64,000 bases of DNA from Octopus sinensis (taxonomy: Eukaryota): assembly GCF_006345805.1 (NCBI RefSeq), contig NC_043007.1, forward strand, positions 31,310,001 to 31,374,000, in the 5' to 3' direction. Position numbers and translations under genes: made by a program. Positions 13,086 to 25,211 of the stretch are shown piece by piece (position 1 is the stretch's first letter; each line of letters starts with the position of its first letter). Below the pieces are notes generated by a model. That model was given only the letters and a program-made list of their open reading frames with translations. It did not search any database and was not told where the DNA came from.

Positions 13086-13333
13086 TGGTTAATTAAAAAA
13101 TAATATGAATAAATAAGCACATTAATTCGATTGCTAAAGGAACAAAATGTCTTTCAATAAACATGTGTTAACATATAATAAATCCGTTTTTACCACAAAC
13201 ATTCTTGTAAAATAGGGATGCATCTTATGCACTGGCAAATACGGTAAGCCTACCACCCAATTTAAAATGTGTTGTTTCTTTTAGTAATTTTTGCTTAAAA
13301 TAACATTAATTTTCTTCCTCTTCTTTTCCGTAG

Positions 13334-13418
13334 TGCATTTGCTCGGTATCCAAATGGTGTGATCGTCCACTATCACTGTTGTAACGATGTAAAAGTTTGC
13401 CCAACAGATCACCGATGA
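13334..13418 (+). CDS. VPS39: VPS39/Vam6 last coding exon
   Basis: Polypyrimidine tract plus ccgtag acceptor. A phase-2 join to 3408 gives SAFARYPNGVIVHYHCCNDVKVCPTDHR*, the conserved SAFARYPNGxxVHYxC motif. TGA at 13416-13418. Confidence 0.93.
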
Positions 13419-13844
13419 AACGACCTTTTGACCTCAACGTGACCGGCTCAAATGTTGATGTGACTACAATATGGATGGAATTCATGATTCGCTTGGACCA
13501 GAATCATGGTTGAGATGTTTGCCAATTACCACCTACTGATTCTACAGTAGATCTATCCCTACACCCCTCCTAAAATGAATGGACAGTGCATTGTCTTCTT
13601 CTGCAAGAATGCCAGTGATGATGCTAAAATACAAACAATGTTGATGAGATTAATTGTCTCCAATGACGGAAAAGATGATTATTATTATTATTATGAAGGC
13701 CCAGAGATTGTCGTCTTTGGTCTCTTCATGACATATTCTCATTGGAATCACTGGTGCTTCATTCCTTAAATCTAAAACTTGGCACTGGGATTACCATACT
13801 TCAGAGAGATACATCCTCTTGTCTGATAAAAATTAATTGAACAA

Positions 13845-13866
13845 AATAAAATAAATAAATAAAAAT
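13845..13866 (+). promoter_or_regulatory. Probable VPS39 polyadenylation signal cluster
   Basis: Overlapping AATAAA hexamers ~430 nt after the stop codon. Confidence 0.5.
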
Positions 13867-14236
13867 AACCTTCCCTCGAAACACCCCCTCCCCCACAAAA
13901 AAAAACAAATACTTCTGAAATATATATTTCCTACAAAATGTAAACGTTTGTTTTGTTTTTGTTGTTTTTGAACAGTCTACTACTGCAACAACAACAACAA
14001 TAATGATAATAATAAATTATGAAAATTTGAAACCTTTTGTTGTTAATGACATTAATGTTTGATAGAATTTATTGGGTTGACAGTGTAATGTATTCATGGT
14101 ATGATGGTATTGATCGGTGATTTTGTTGTTTTAGTGGCATTGATTGATGGTGGTGGTGGTGGTGGGTGGTGCTGGCGGTGGTGGTGGTGGTAGTGGTGGA
14201 GATGTTCTGTTCATAGCATTAATAAATAAATAAATG

Positions 14237-14476
14237 TGCCCTTTTTAAAGCCTAGCCAGGCTCATGGGCCCGGTTTCTATGGCGTATGTGTTCCCCAGCT
14301 GGACGGGACGCCAGTCCATCGCAGCGTTACACATTTTTGCCAGCTGAGTGGACTGGAGCAACGTGAAATGAAGTGTTTTGCTAAAGAACACAACGCATCG
14401 CCCAGTCAAGGAATTGAAACTACAATCTTACGATCATGGTGCTGACACCCTAACCACTAAGCCACGCGCCTTCACC
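14237..14476 (-). mobile_element. SINE-4 copy
   Basis: Reverse complement of the 12039 element. Confidence 0.8.
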
Positions 14477-15152
14477 ATAGTATTAATAACATTACTTTAT
14501 TGGCAAGATAAAATACATACATACACACACACATAAACGCATACACATACAAACATACATGTGTGTACTTATATACAGACATGATGACTGCTCCCTGATT
14601 TTAAGGAACGGTATTGCTTGATCGTTCCCTTAAACATGAGCAACACAGATGTTGCTTTTAAGTCCTGCTAAGGACCCATACTCCTTTGCGCACCCACTAC
14701 ACTCACGGAGTGGTTGGCACAAAGATCCTTTGATTTTTTTAAACCTCTTTTAACATCTCTATTATGTATTGAATAATATGGCTGGCTGTAGCTGGAAAAG
14801 GCAAGCAATGAAAGATTCCGTGATGGAATGAAGCTCTTTTTGAATACCTGTTGCAAGAGGTGTCCATCGCCGCCACATCATCATCATCATCATCATTGTT
14901 TAACATCTATTTTCCATGCTAGCATGGGTTGGATGATTTCACTGAAGACTGGCAAACCAGATGGCTGCACCAGGCTCCAATCTGATCTGGCAGAGTTTCT
15001 ACAGCTGGATGCCCTTCCTAACACCAATCACTCCGTGAGTGTAGTGGGTACTTTTTATGTGCCACCGGCACAGGTGCCAGGGGAGGCTGGCAACGACCAC
15101 GATTGGTTGGTGATTTTTACGTGCCACCGGCATCTATATATATACATGTATC

Positions 15153-15185
<33 letters not shown>

Positions 15186-15189
15186 GCCG

Positions 15190-15480
15190 TTTGTCAGCTC
15201 TGTCTGACCCCCGTGTTGGTGGCACGTAAAAGCACCATCTGTTCGTGTCCGTTGCCAGCTTTGTCTGGCCCCCGTGTTGGTGGCACGTAAAAGCACCATC
15301 CGTTCGTGTCCGTTGCCAGCCTCGCCTGGCCCCCGTGCAGGTGACACGTAAAAGCACCATCCGTTCGTGTCTGTTGCCAGCCTCGCCTGGCCCCCGTGCC
15401 GGAGACATGTAAAAGCACCATCCGTTCGTGGCCGTTTGCCAGCTCTGTCTGGCACCTGTGCGGGTGGCATGTAAAAAGCA
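15190..15480. repeat. ~58 bp minisatellite (5 units) inside Repeat-5
   Basis: Unit ggcacgtaaaagcaccatccgttcgtgtccgttgccagc...ggcccccgtg. Repeated again at ~16190-16480. Confidence 0.9.
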
Positions 15481-15834
15481 CCCACTACACTCACGGAGTG
15501 GTTGGCGTTAGGAAGGGCATCCAGCCGTAGAAACACTGCCAGATCTGACTGGGCCTGATGAAGCCTTCCAGCTTCACAGACCCCAGTAGAACCGTCCAAC
15601 CCATGCTAGCATGGAGAACGGACGCTAAATGATGATGATGATGATATACATTTGTGCAGATGTATACACACACGCATATATATATATATATATATATATA
15701 AGAGATAATGGTGTCATTGAGACCCAAAGGTGTCAGGTAATGCTGAATATGTGCTATAGACAGACCATAGTTAAGTTCCAGGTTCGGAATATTGCGAATA
15801 AAGGGTTCAACGTTGATTCTATGTCAGCGTGTGT

Positions 15835-16157
15835 ATATAAGAATTTTTTGCGTAATGAGATAAAACACCAAGGCTGTATAGTTATTAGAGCATTTATAGA
15901 TAGAGGGTCTTACAGCTGTTTCTAGGATATTTATTAATAATAATATCCCTTCATCGGAGACGGTGTGAGAGGAAAGTTAAGTCATAGTTAGTATCACATC
16001 TAAACTAACTATGACTTAATTTTTCCTCTCACACCGTCTCCGATGAAGGGATATTATTATTAATTAATATCCTAGAAACAGCTGTAAGACCTTCTATCTA
16101 TAAATGCTCTAATATCTATACAGCCTTGGTTTTATCTTATTACGCAAAAAATTCTGA

Positions 16158-16162
<5 letters not shown>
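15835..16162. mobile_element. Fold-back (~155 bp arms), Penelope-like inverted terminal structure; second copy ~16840-17165
   Basis: Arms tataagaatttttgcgtaatgagataaaac...gtcatagttag / ctaactatgac...ttttatcttattacgcaaaaaattc with scattered mismatches. Carries a hammerhead-like motif. Confidence 0.7.
16036..16090 (+). ncRNA. Minimal type-I hammerhead-like motif (U4C core variant); mirrored on - at ~15907-15961 and duplicated at 17041-17095
   Basis: GTCT-CCGATGA-A-GGGATATT..AATATCCT-A-GAAAC-AGCT-GTA-AGAC: stem I, core, stem II, GAAA, palindromic stem III, GUA site. Confidence 0.55.
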
Positions 16163-16190
<28 letters not shown>

Positions 16191-17157
16191 GCCGTTTGTC
16201 AGCTCGTCTGACCCCCGTGTGGTGGCACGTAAAAGCACCATCTGTTCGTGTCCGTTGCCAGCTTTGTCTGGCCCCGTGTTGGTGGCACGTAAAAGCACCA
16301 TCCGTTCGTGTCCGTTGCCAGCCTCGCCTGGCCCCGTGCAGGTGACACGTAAAAGCACCATCCGTTCGTGTCTGTTGCAGCCTCGCCTGGCCCCCGTGCC
16401 GGAGACATGTAAAAGCACCATCCGTTCGTGGCCGTTTGCCAGCTCTGTCTGGCACCTGTGCGGGTGGCACGTAAAAAAGCACCCACTACACTCACGGAGT
16501 GGTTGGCGTTAGGAAGGGCATCCAGCCGTAGAAACACTGCCAGATCTGACTGGGCCTGATGAAGCCTTCCAGCTTCACAGACCCCAGTAGAACCGTCCAA
16601 CCCATGCTAGCATGGAGAACGGACGCTAAATGATGATGATGATGATATACATTTGTGCAGATGTATACACACACGCATATATATATATATATATATATTA
16701 TATAAGAGATAATGGTGTCATTGAGACCCAAAGGTGTCAGGTAATGCTGAATATGTGCTATAGACAGACCATAGTTAAGTTCCAGGTTCGGTAATATTGC
16801 GAATAAAGGGTTCAACGTTGATTCTATGTCAGCGTGTGTATATAAGAATTTTTTGCGTAATGAGATAAAACACCAAGGCTGTATAGTTATTAGAGCATTT
16901 ATAGATAGAGGGTCTTACAGCTGTTTCTAGGATATTTATTAATAATAATATCCCTTCATCGGAGACGGTGTGAGAGGAAAGTTAAGTCATAGTTAGTATC
17001 ACATCTAAACTAACTATGACTTAATTTTTCCTCTCACACCGTCTCCGATGAAGGGATATTATTATTAATTAATATCCTAGAAACAGCTGTAAGACCTTCT
17101 ATCTATAAATGCTCTAATATCTATACAGCCTTGGTTTTATCTTATTACGCAAAAAAT

Positions 17158-17196
<39 letters not shown>

Positions 17197-17344
17197 ATAT
17201 ATATATATATATTTATTATATATGTATGTATGCCTGTATATATGTGAGATAATAGTTTCACTTTAATAGCTTCAGTATTAAAGTGAAAGTATCTGATATT
17301 ACAATAGAGAGATGTTGTTTCACTTATGACATGTAATACTGAAA

Positions 17345-17532
17345 TAGTGGAGAAGATATGATATTGCTGTGGGCTCGCACTAGGCAAGAAGTTAAAAATT
17401 GTTTTGGCCATTGACACTGCATGGACTCCAAGTAAGGCATTTGTAAAATTTGAATGAAATTGGTTGGGTAGTTCTCAAGTTTTAGGGATTCACGCAGACA
17501 GACAGACATTCTCATCTTTATATATATAGATA
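17345..17532 (-). mobile_element. Possible non-autonomous Helitron-like 5' segment
   Basis: tctatatatataaagatgagaatgtctgtctgtctg start resembles Helitron/HINE 5' ends. No matching 3' CTAG hairpin confirmed. Confidence 0.3.
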
Positions 17533-17559
17533 GATATGCATGTGTATGTATATATACAT

Positions 17560-17880
17560 GTACCTTGGGCAAGTGTCTTCTACTATAGCCTCTTGCCAAC
17601 CAAAGCCTTGTGAGTGGATTTGGTAGACAGAAAACTGAGAGAAGCCCATTGTATATATATATGTATGTGTGTGTATATGTTTGTGTGCCTGTGTTTGTCC
17701 CCCCAACAACGCTTGACAACCGATGCTGGTGTGTTTACGTCCCCGTAACTTAGTGGTTCAGCAAGAGACCGATAGAATAAGTACTAGGCTTACAAAGAAT
17801 AAGTCCTAGGGTCGATTTGCTCCACTAAAGGCGGTGCTCCAGCATGGCCGCAGTCAAATGACTGAAACAAGTAAAAAGAG
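17560..17880 (+). mobile_element. SINE-1 copy, 5' truncated
   Basis: Family match. Confidence 0.8.
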
Positions 17881-17949
17881 ATATATAGTTTACATTCTTT
17901 TATTTGTTTCAACCTAAAGACCGTGGCCATGCTGGGGCACTGCCAGTGT

Positions 17950-18150
17950 TGTCACCTTTTCAGTGGCCATTCTATTGTGACTGGCTTTTGGTCAAGGATA
18001 GAGTTTGATATTGACGTCCTCTTTTGAGTTTCTTGCCGGGATGTAGGTTCACCTGGGACCCCGGACAGCAGAATATTTAGCCCTCCTCCATGAAGGTCTT
18101 TTCGATGTTCTGGCAATGAATTAAAACAGCCGTGGACCCTTGAATCCCAA
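17950..18150 (-). pseudogene. CR1/L2-like LINE ORF2 C-terminal fragment
   Basis: FNSLPEHRKDLH...LLSGVPGEPTSRQE...SNSILDQ resembles the CR1-group terminus (FNxLP..LD..LSxVPDEP..SNSL). Confidence 0.55.
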
Positions 18151-19509
18151 GCTGTTGCAGTACATATATTCATATATATATGTGTATGCGTATATATATG
18201 TAATGTTGATGTGTGTGTGAGTGTGTGTATACATGTATGCGAGTGCCAGGGTATGGGAGTATGTGTACTAATATAAGTAGATAAGGTTATGCGCATTCTT
18301 AGGAGTTGTTGTGGGTGTGTAGGAATTTATAATTACAGGTAGGATGGGATTTCATAGTTTTACAGGAGTTGTAGTGTTTGTATAAACAATTAATTAATAC
18401 GAGGGTAAGTATACATACATACGTGTGTGTGTGTGTGTGTATGTATGTATGTGTGTGTGTGTATATATATATGTGTGTGTGTATAGATATATATATACGT
18501 ATATATATATATATATACATACATACATACGTGTGTGTGTGTGTGTGTATGTTATATATATATGCGTGTGTGTCTGTAGATATATATGAATAAATGTAGA
18601 TATGTATATATGTATGTATGTGTATATAATTATATATATATGTATATATATATAACATATATATATGTATTTACATTTACGTACACATATACGTGTATAT
18701 GTACATATGCCTGTATATATACGTACATATATATACATACATGTGTGTGTGTGTGTGTGTGTAGATATATATATTTATAGCAATACATGAATAAATGTAT
18801 ATGTGTCCAACCCATGCTAGCATGGAGAACGGACGTTAAACGACGATGATGATGATGATGATGATGTGTGTGTGTGTGTGCAGATGCCGGGTCTATACGG
18901 ATCTTTATCAACAAGTGCTTGGATCAGATTATTACTCTCTTCCAAGAAAATGTTAGAGGAGTGGCACTGTGTGTATGAGAGTGTGTAACTCCATGTGTGC
19001 ATGAGTGTGTGTGTGCTTCAGTTTGTGTGCGTGCGTATGAATGTGTGTGTATGTGTGCGCGCGCATATGTGTGTGCGTATGAATGTGTGTGCATAAGTGT
19101 GTGTGTGTGTATATGTGTGCGTTCAAAAAGATTACTTTTAATTGGGCCAACTTTGAGAAGATCAAAATATATCACAGGCCACTCCTTTTGAGTCACACAC
19201 ATACACCCACACACACACACCCACTCACACGAGCAATAATAAGCTGCAGAGTGTTATTGTGTTTATGGTGGGGGTTTCCCCAGGATACATTTTTACCTGT
19301 TAACGACTCTCTGCCTAACCAGATGTAATATCATATTTAGCAATATCATATTCTGCAAATACAATCGTTTTGCCACACGTTGGCAGTGTTGAATGAACAA
19401 TATCTCTCTTACGGGGTGGCCTACAAGAGCGGAAGCCGCCATGTATATTGGTGCGTGTGCATGCGTGCGTATGCATATGCATGAATGTATATGTGTGTAT
19501 GTATCTATG

Positions 19510-19872
19510 TGGAGGTGCAATGGCCCAGTGGTTAGGGCAGCAGACTCACGGTCGCAATTTCGATTCCCAGACCGGGCGTTGTGAGTGTTTATTGAGTGAA
19601 AACACCTAAAGCTCCACGAGGCTCTGGCAGGGGTTGGTGGCGAACCCTGCTGTACTCTTTCACCACAACTTTCTCTCACGCTTTCTTCCTGTTTCTGTTG
19701 TACCTGTATTTCAAAGGGCCAGCCTTGTCACACTCTGTGTCACGCTGAATCTCCCCAAGAACTACGTTTAAAACGTGTCTGTGGAGTGCTCAGCCGCTTG
19801 CACGTTAATTTCACAAGCAGGCTGTTCCATTGATCGGACCAACAGGAACCCTCGTCGTCATAACCGACGGAG
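19510..19872 (+). mobile_element. SINE-3 long copy
   Basis: Family head plus extended tail ending cataaccgacggag. Confidence 0.82.
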
Positions 19873-20329
19873 TATCTATGTCTGTATGTATATATGTACA
19901 TATATATATGTGTGTAGGTATGTATATGTGTGTATGTATGTATACGTGTGTGTATGTATATATGTGCATATGTATATATGTATGTAAGGATGTATGTATA
20001 TGTTGTGTGTATGCATGCATGTGTGTATGTATATATGTGTGTATGTATACATGTGTGTATCTATGTATATATGTGCGTATGTATATATGTATGTATATGT
20101 GCATGTATGTTGTTTGGATGTGTGTATGTATATATGTATATATATATGTGTGTATGCATGTATATCTTCTATTTTTCAATTATTATAAATCTTCCACTGA
20201 GGAGGGAGCTGGTTTCCAACAAAAATGCAAGGCTCCATCTTTGCGATGTAGTTAACACAGACAAATTCACATTTGGAACTTGAGAAATGTCTTGCATATT
20301 TTTACTGTTCCACTCACAAATTGCACTTG

Positions 20330-20465
20330 TCATGTACAAATCAGCCGGTCAATTTCTCTTTCTGAAAATCCCAGATTCTCTTCTGAGCTTTTACTAACAA
20401 AATCTAGTGCTCCAATTATTATTGGTATGAATATGAATTCATAGTCTGGATGTAGAAGCTGGAGT
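20330..20465 (-). pseudogene. R4/NeSL-type non-LTR element RLE C-terminal fragment
   Basis: LQLLHPDYEFIFIPIIIGALDFV; same family as 37925-38260. Confidence 0.6.
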
Positions 20466-20838
20466 ATATATGTATATGAGTGTATGTATATATACATATA
20501 TGTATGTATATGTGCATGTTTGTTGTGTATGCATGTATGTGTATGTATGTATGTATGTATGTGTGTGTGTATGTGTATGTGTGTATGTATGTGTATGTGT
20601 GTGGTGTGAATATACTTATGTGTCTGTATATGTGTATGTATGTATGCATGTTCGCTCTCCCTTTTCAATTTTGAGTTAATTTCGACCGGGCACCAACTTG
20701 GTAGCAAGTGTTGTGAAGAAAAATATCTTGTTTTCTTCATCCTCCTTTAAATCTTAAGAAGGTCTTGCAGATTTTTACAGTGCCAGATAATGTAATCATT
20801 TGCAGTGTGTGTATGTATATATGCATATGTATGTATGT

Positions 20839-20871
<33 letters not shown>

Positions 20872-21153
20872 CTGCTTGTTTTATGTCAAGTTATATATGA
20901 AAACAATTTAACATTAACCTGGAGGTACGTATTTATCTTTTACAAGAAGTGGGGAGATATTTTCTTGGTAAGACATTTTGACTGCAAAGTCACAGTCAGT
21001 CTTGTAAAAGTTTAATAAACACACACACACAAATCCTTTATTTATGGATTAACAATGCTACCATTGGTTTCATGCAAGGGATACAATTTTCTAGTTTCAC
21101 TTAAAAATGATGTGAAAGCATATCTCTCCTTCTCCCTCTCTCTTTGCGTGTGC

Positions 21154-21207
<54 letters not shown>

Positions 21208-21407
21208 ATATATGTATGTCTGTGTATATATAATATCAATAAACCGGTGCGTAGTACAAAAAATACTTTGTGGATAAAAAATTTACCTGAATTGCACTGA
21301 CACTCCTCGTCTACCTCTCCCGCACCATTGGAAATGCAATGAACCAGTTATTGGTGTATTGGAACCTATAATCAATGATGCCATTGTTCACAAAACATGG
21401 AATAAGA

Positions 21408-21446
<39 letters not shown>

Positions 21447-21487
21447 CATATATATATACATATATATATATACATATATATATATAC

Positions 21488-21534
<47 letters not shown>

Positions 21535-21807
21535 CATATATATATATACATATATATATATACATATATATATATACATATATATATATACATATATATA
21601 TACACATATATATATATACACATATATATATACACATATATATATACATATATATATACACATATATATATACACTATATATATACAATATATATATACA
21701 CATATATATATACACATATATATATACACATATATATATATATACACATATATATATACACATATATATATACACATATATATATACACATATATATATA
21801 TACACAT

Positions 21808-21855
<48 letters not shown>
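21408..21855. repeat. Long (TA)n array punctuated by CA/CACA
   Basis: Direct reading; source of six spurious YI/IY ORFs. Confidence 0.95.
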
Positions 21856-22134
21856 AATTAATGAGTAAGTAGTTTAACAGTGAGAAATGTTGAATTATGG
21901 GTAATGTTCCTTTCAGACAAGTTTCTTTCTACAAATTCATGGGTTTGCATTCACAACAACAACAACAACGGCAATAATAATAATAATAATAATAATGATA
22001 ATAATAATAATAATAATAATAAAGTTCATATTTTAAGTAATTCAACGTAAATATCTGTAGGAAAAAACAGATTAATAGCTATTTTATTCACACGCGTGCG
22101 CGCACATATACACATACATGCACACACGAATATA

Positions 22135-22169
<35 letters not shown>

Positions 22170-22588
22170 TTATGTGAATATGAACGCATGTATATATGTA
22201 AAGATATACGAGTATTATGTATGTGTATATATATATATATATACATACATGTATGTTGTGTATATATATGTATATATACATATCGTGGGAAAATGCTTAT
22301 CAATGAATACAATATCCCACAGAAATGTAGGAGCACTAATAAATTTTTTTTTTTGTTTTCGTTTCCAACAACAACAATGAGAAAAGAAAGAAAGAAGGAA
22401 ATATGATGTCAGGAAACCATGAAATGGTCATTTAGTGCTGAAATCCCACACCAATTGTACCGATAAGCCGATGGTGGCAGTGACGATGACTAGATCAGAT
22501 CAACCCCAGAACGAGGCATACCGAGACTACCATTTTAATATTATTATTATTATTTATTATTATTATTATTGTTATTATTGTTATTATT

Positions 22589-22880
22589 ATTGCAGCGTGG
22601 AAGGGATTTGTAAGACATTTAAGAAACACACAAAATCCACGACCTGTTCACTGACAAAAATCTGTGCTGCACGGATTCTTGTCAGTGAACAGGTCGCGGA
22701 TTTTAGCGACGAAAATATTTTGACAAATTAAACTTAAATGTTGAAGTGAATCGAACGGCTTTTGTGTGTTTCTTAAATGGCTTACAAACACCTTCCACGC
22801 TGCAATTGTTTTCGTTCCAGCATTACAATCTCAGATCAGGTCACTTGCTATGCAAGTACATCTCCGTTATTATTATTATT
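22589..22880. mobile_element. Penelope-like fold-back element between (ATT)n tracts
   Basis: Outer inverted repeats attgcagcgtggaagg..aagaaacacacaaaa (22589-22635 / 22760-22806). Inner 73 bp hairpin at 22632-22704. Confidence 0.6.
22679..22726 (+). ncRNA. Minimal type-I hammerhead-like motif with G3:C8 swap
   Basis: TTGTCA-GTGAACA-G-GTCGC..GCGAC-GAAA-ATATTT-TGACAA: 6-bp stem I, 5-bp stem II, palindromic AATATT stem III, UUU cleavage triplet. Confidence 0.6.
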
Positions 22881-23065
22881 ATGTTGAAAGTCTGGTGCTC
22901 GTTCTGTTGGATTTTTCTGCCAAACCGCTAAGTTACAAGGATATAAACGAACCAACATTGGTTGTCTAGCGATGGTGGAGCACAAACACAAAGACACACA
23001 CACGCACACTTACAAACATATATTGATAGATGTAAACACATACACACAGGCATTCATATACTCAT

Positions 23066-23102
<37 letters not shown>

Positions 23103-23187
23103 CATATACATATATATATATTGGTAAAAACGGTAAGATAACAAAAGTAAGAAAGCGACCTCAATATTATGTAAATAGAGGAAATTT

Positions 23188-23285
23188 ATCTGTAAATGTA
23201 ATATGTGACAATTATTGAATAGCCAAGATAAAACTCTGAGTTTTATCTTGGCTATTCAATAATTGTCACATATTATTTTACAGAT
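23188..23285. repeat. ~98 bp near-perfect palindrome
   Basis: atctgtaaa..tatgtgacaattattgaatagccaagataaaactc-T-gagttttatcttggctattcaataattgtcacata..ttacagat. Confidence 0.9.
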
Positions 23286-23299
23286 ACACACATATATAT

Positions 23300-23332
<33 letters not shown>

Positions 23333-23413
23333 CACACACACTTACACACACACACAAACACTTATATGAGAAATTACGATAGACTCAAGTTTATGTTATT
23401 TGTTCCTACTTAC

Positions 23414-23508
23414 GTTTCGCCATTGTGGCTGTTTGGATCCTCCGTATTGCCTGTTCCAAATGTACTGGATGTCTGTCCACAACAATCATCAAGAAACACT
23501 TTGTTGCA
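23414..23508 (-). other. Candidate exon of an unidentified minus-strand gene
   Basis: cttctctttaatgcag acceptor and strong AAC|gtaagt donor. Two frames are open (ATKCFLMIVVDRHPVHLEQAIRRIQTATMAK), with a Kozak-like GCCACAATGG near the end. No homology recognised. Confidence 0.35.
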
Positions 23509-23783
23509 CTGCATTAAAGAGAAGAAATGTCTAGAGATGTGCAGATGGCGAGGCATTTTATGAGTATTGTGAGAGGGAAGCAGACAAAAAAGCAATTGGC
23601 AGAGAAAAATAAAGAGGGGTTAAAATCGAGAGGGAGAAAAGGATAAAATTTAAAAGGAGCCACAGTTAAATAAAAGTCAAGGCAAGAATAAGTCATCTTC
23701 TGTCCATTTATTTCAAGCATCTTGAAATTACTAACTATTCAATATATAGCTTTTCTTCAGACGCAGCCTCTACCAAATTTCAT

Positions 23784-23990
23784 ACCTATTTCTTTACTAC
23801 CCACATGGGGCTAAACACAGAGGGGACAGACAAAGGGATTAAGTCGATTATATTGACCCCAGTGTGTAACTGGTACTTATTTAATCGACCCCGAAAGGAT
23901 GAAAGGCATCGTCGACCTCGGTGGAATTTGAACTCAGAACGTAAAGACAGATGAAATACTGCTGAGCATTTCGCCCAGCGTGCTAACGAT
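23784..23990 (-). mobile_element. SINE-2 copy
   Basis: Family match. Confidence 0.8.
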
Positions 23991-24105
23991 GTATTTGGTG
24001 ACCTTTCGACATTAACACATAACACAACCATTGCATGTGTTTCCAAAACTCTGGAATTAACTTTTATGTATTAGCTTCAGACACGCAACCTTTTGAAGCT
24101 CAATA

Positions 24106-24167
<62 letters not shown>

Positions 24168-24550
24168 CTTTTACTTGTTTCAGTCAATTGACTGTGGCCA
24201 TGCTGGAGCACCACCTTCAGTCGAGCAAATAGACACCAGGACTTATTCTTTGTAAGCCCAGTACTTATTCTATCGGTCTCTTTTGCTGAACCACTAAGTT
24301 ACGGGGACATAAACACACCAGCATCGGTTGACAAGCAATGTTGGGGGAACAAACACAGACACAAACATACACATATATATATATACGACGGGCTTCTTTC
24401 AGTTTCCGTCAACCAAATCCACTCACAAGGCTTTGGTCGGCCCGAGGCTATAGTAGAAGACACTTGCCCAAGGTGCCAAGCAGTGGGACTGAACCTGGAA
24501 CCATGTGGTTCATAAGCAAGCTACTTACCACACAGCCACTCCTACGCCTA
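24168..24550 (-). mobile_element. SINE-1 full copy
   Basis: Family match. Confidence 0.85.
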
Positions 24551-24629
24551 TAAATATAAAAGGGTGAAGTAGCTGTAGCAATTAAATATTTACAATTTAA
24601 AAATACAATTATTTAATAAATATATTTGT

Positions 24630-24948
24630 AACTGAAGGCCTTACTGCTGTGTGTCCCATCAAGGACGACCAGCCCACCTTCTGGGTCTACATAGACTGTA
24701 CTTGTCTGCAGAGCCAAGCCTTTTCGAACCAGTACTACTACGCCCCCTTGCCCTCCGGTCCGGCTAGGAGACATGATTTTCTCATAGTCATTCAGGAAGG
24801 GCGAGAAGGCTTGTAGACTGTCCAGCTTGGTCTCTGTAGCAACCATCACATGCATATCGTGTGATCTGAGGTCGTCGAGGAAACAAGCTTGCTTCCACTT
24901 CGAGCTCAGACCACTCACATTCAAACACCCAAGGTTAAGTGCAGTCAT
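24630..24948 (-). pseudogene. Tx1/L1-clade LINE ORF2 APE endonuclease N-terminus (3' truncated)
   Basis: MTALNLGCLNVSGL...VATETKL...GGVVVLVRK...DPEGGLVVLD: APE motifs (NVxGL, ET, GGV). Confidence 0.85.
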
Positions 24949-25211
24949 TTAAAACAAAGGAAAAGCAAGGGTTCTACTTACTCTTTGACTTTTCTTTTAT
25001 TGGTGATGCTGGGGCTGATCTCACCACACGTGAGGCAGTCCTTTCCTCCTGCTCCTTCAAAACACCTTCAAAAACTGCGGAAGGTCCGGGATGTTCGTGA
25101 TGGTCCTTGGATGCCTACCCTTCATTTCATTACACAATTTTACTGATATCCTAGCACATCTCTCTTCCGTGCCTTCGGGCTGCTGCAACAGCTCCACGGT
25201 GTGGTGCTTTT

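Larger units (their letters stand above)
15176..17180. repeat. ~1.0 kb direct tandem duplication (2 units)
   Basis: ~15176-16178 is repeated at ~16179-17180, including the minisatellite, Repeat-5 and the fold-back. Confidence 0.92.

Noticed and set aside
15190-15480. Regular ~58 bp repeats resembling a CRISPR array
   Set aside because: No unique spacers, eukaryotic context, no cas genes; it is a minisatellite within a dispersed repeat.
19410-19445. gcggaagccgccatgt (ETS/YY1/Kozak-like) and minus MAASALVGHP|gtaaga
   Set aside because: Isolated between microsatellites and a SINE; no recognisable downstream exons.
22632-22704. 73 bp hairpin as a pre-miRNA
   Set aside because: 1-nt centre and embedded in a larger inverted element; better explained as an inverted copy of the ribozyme-bearing terminus. 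Small-RNA data would be needed to revive it.
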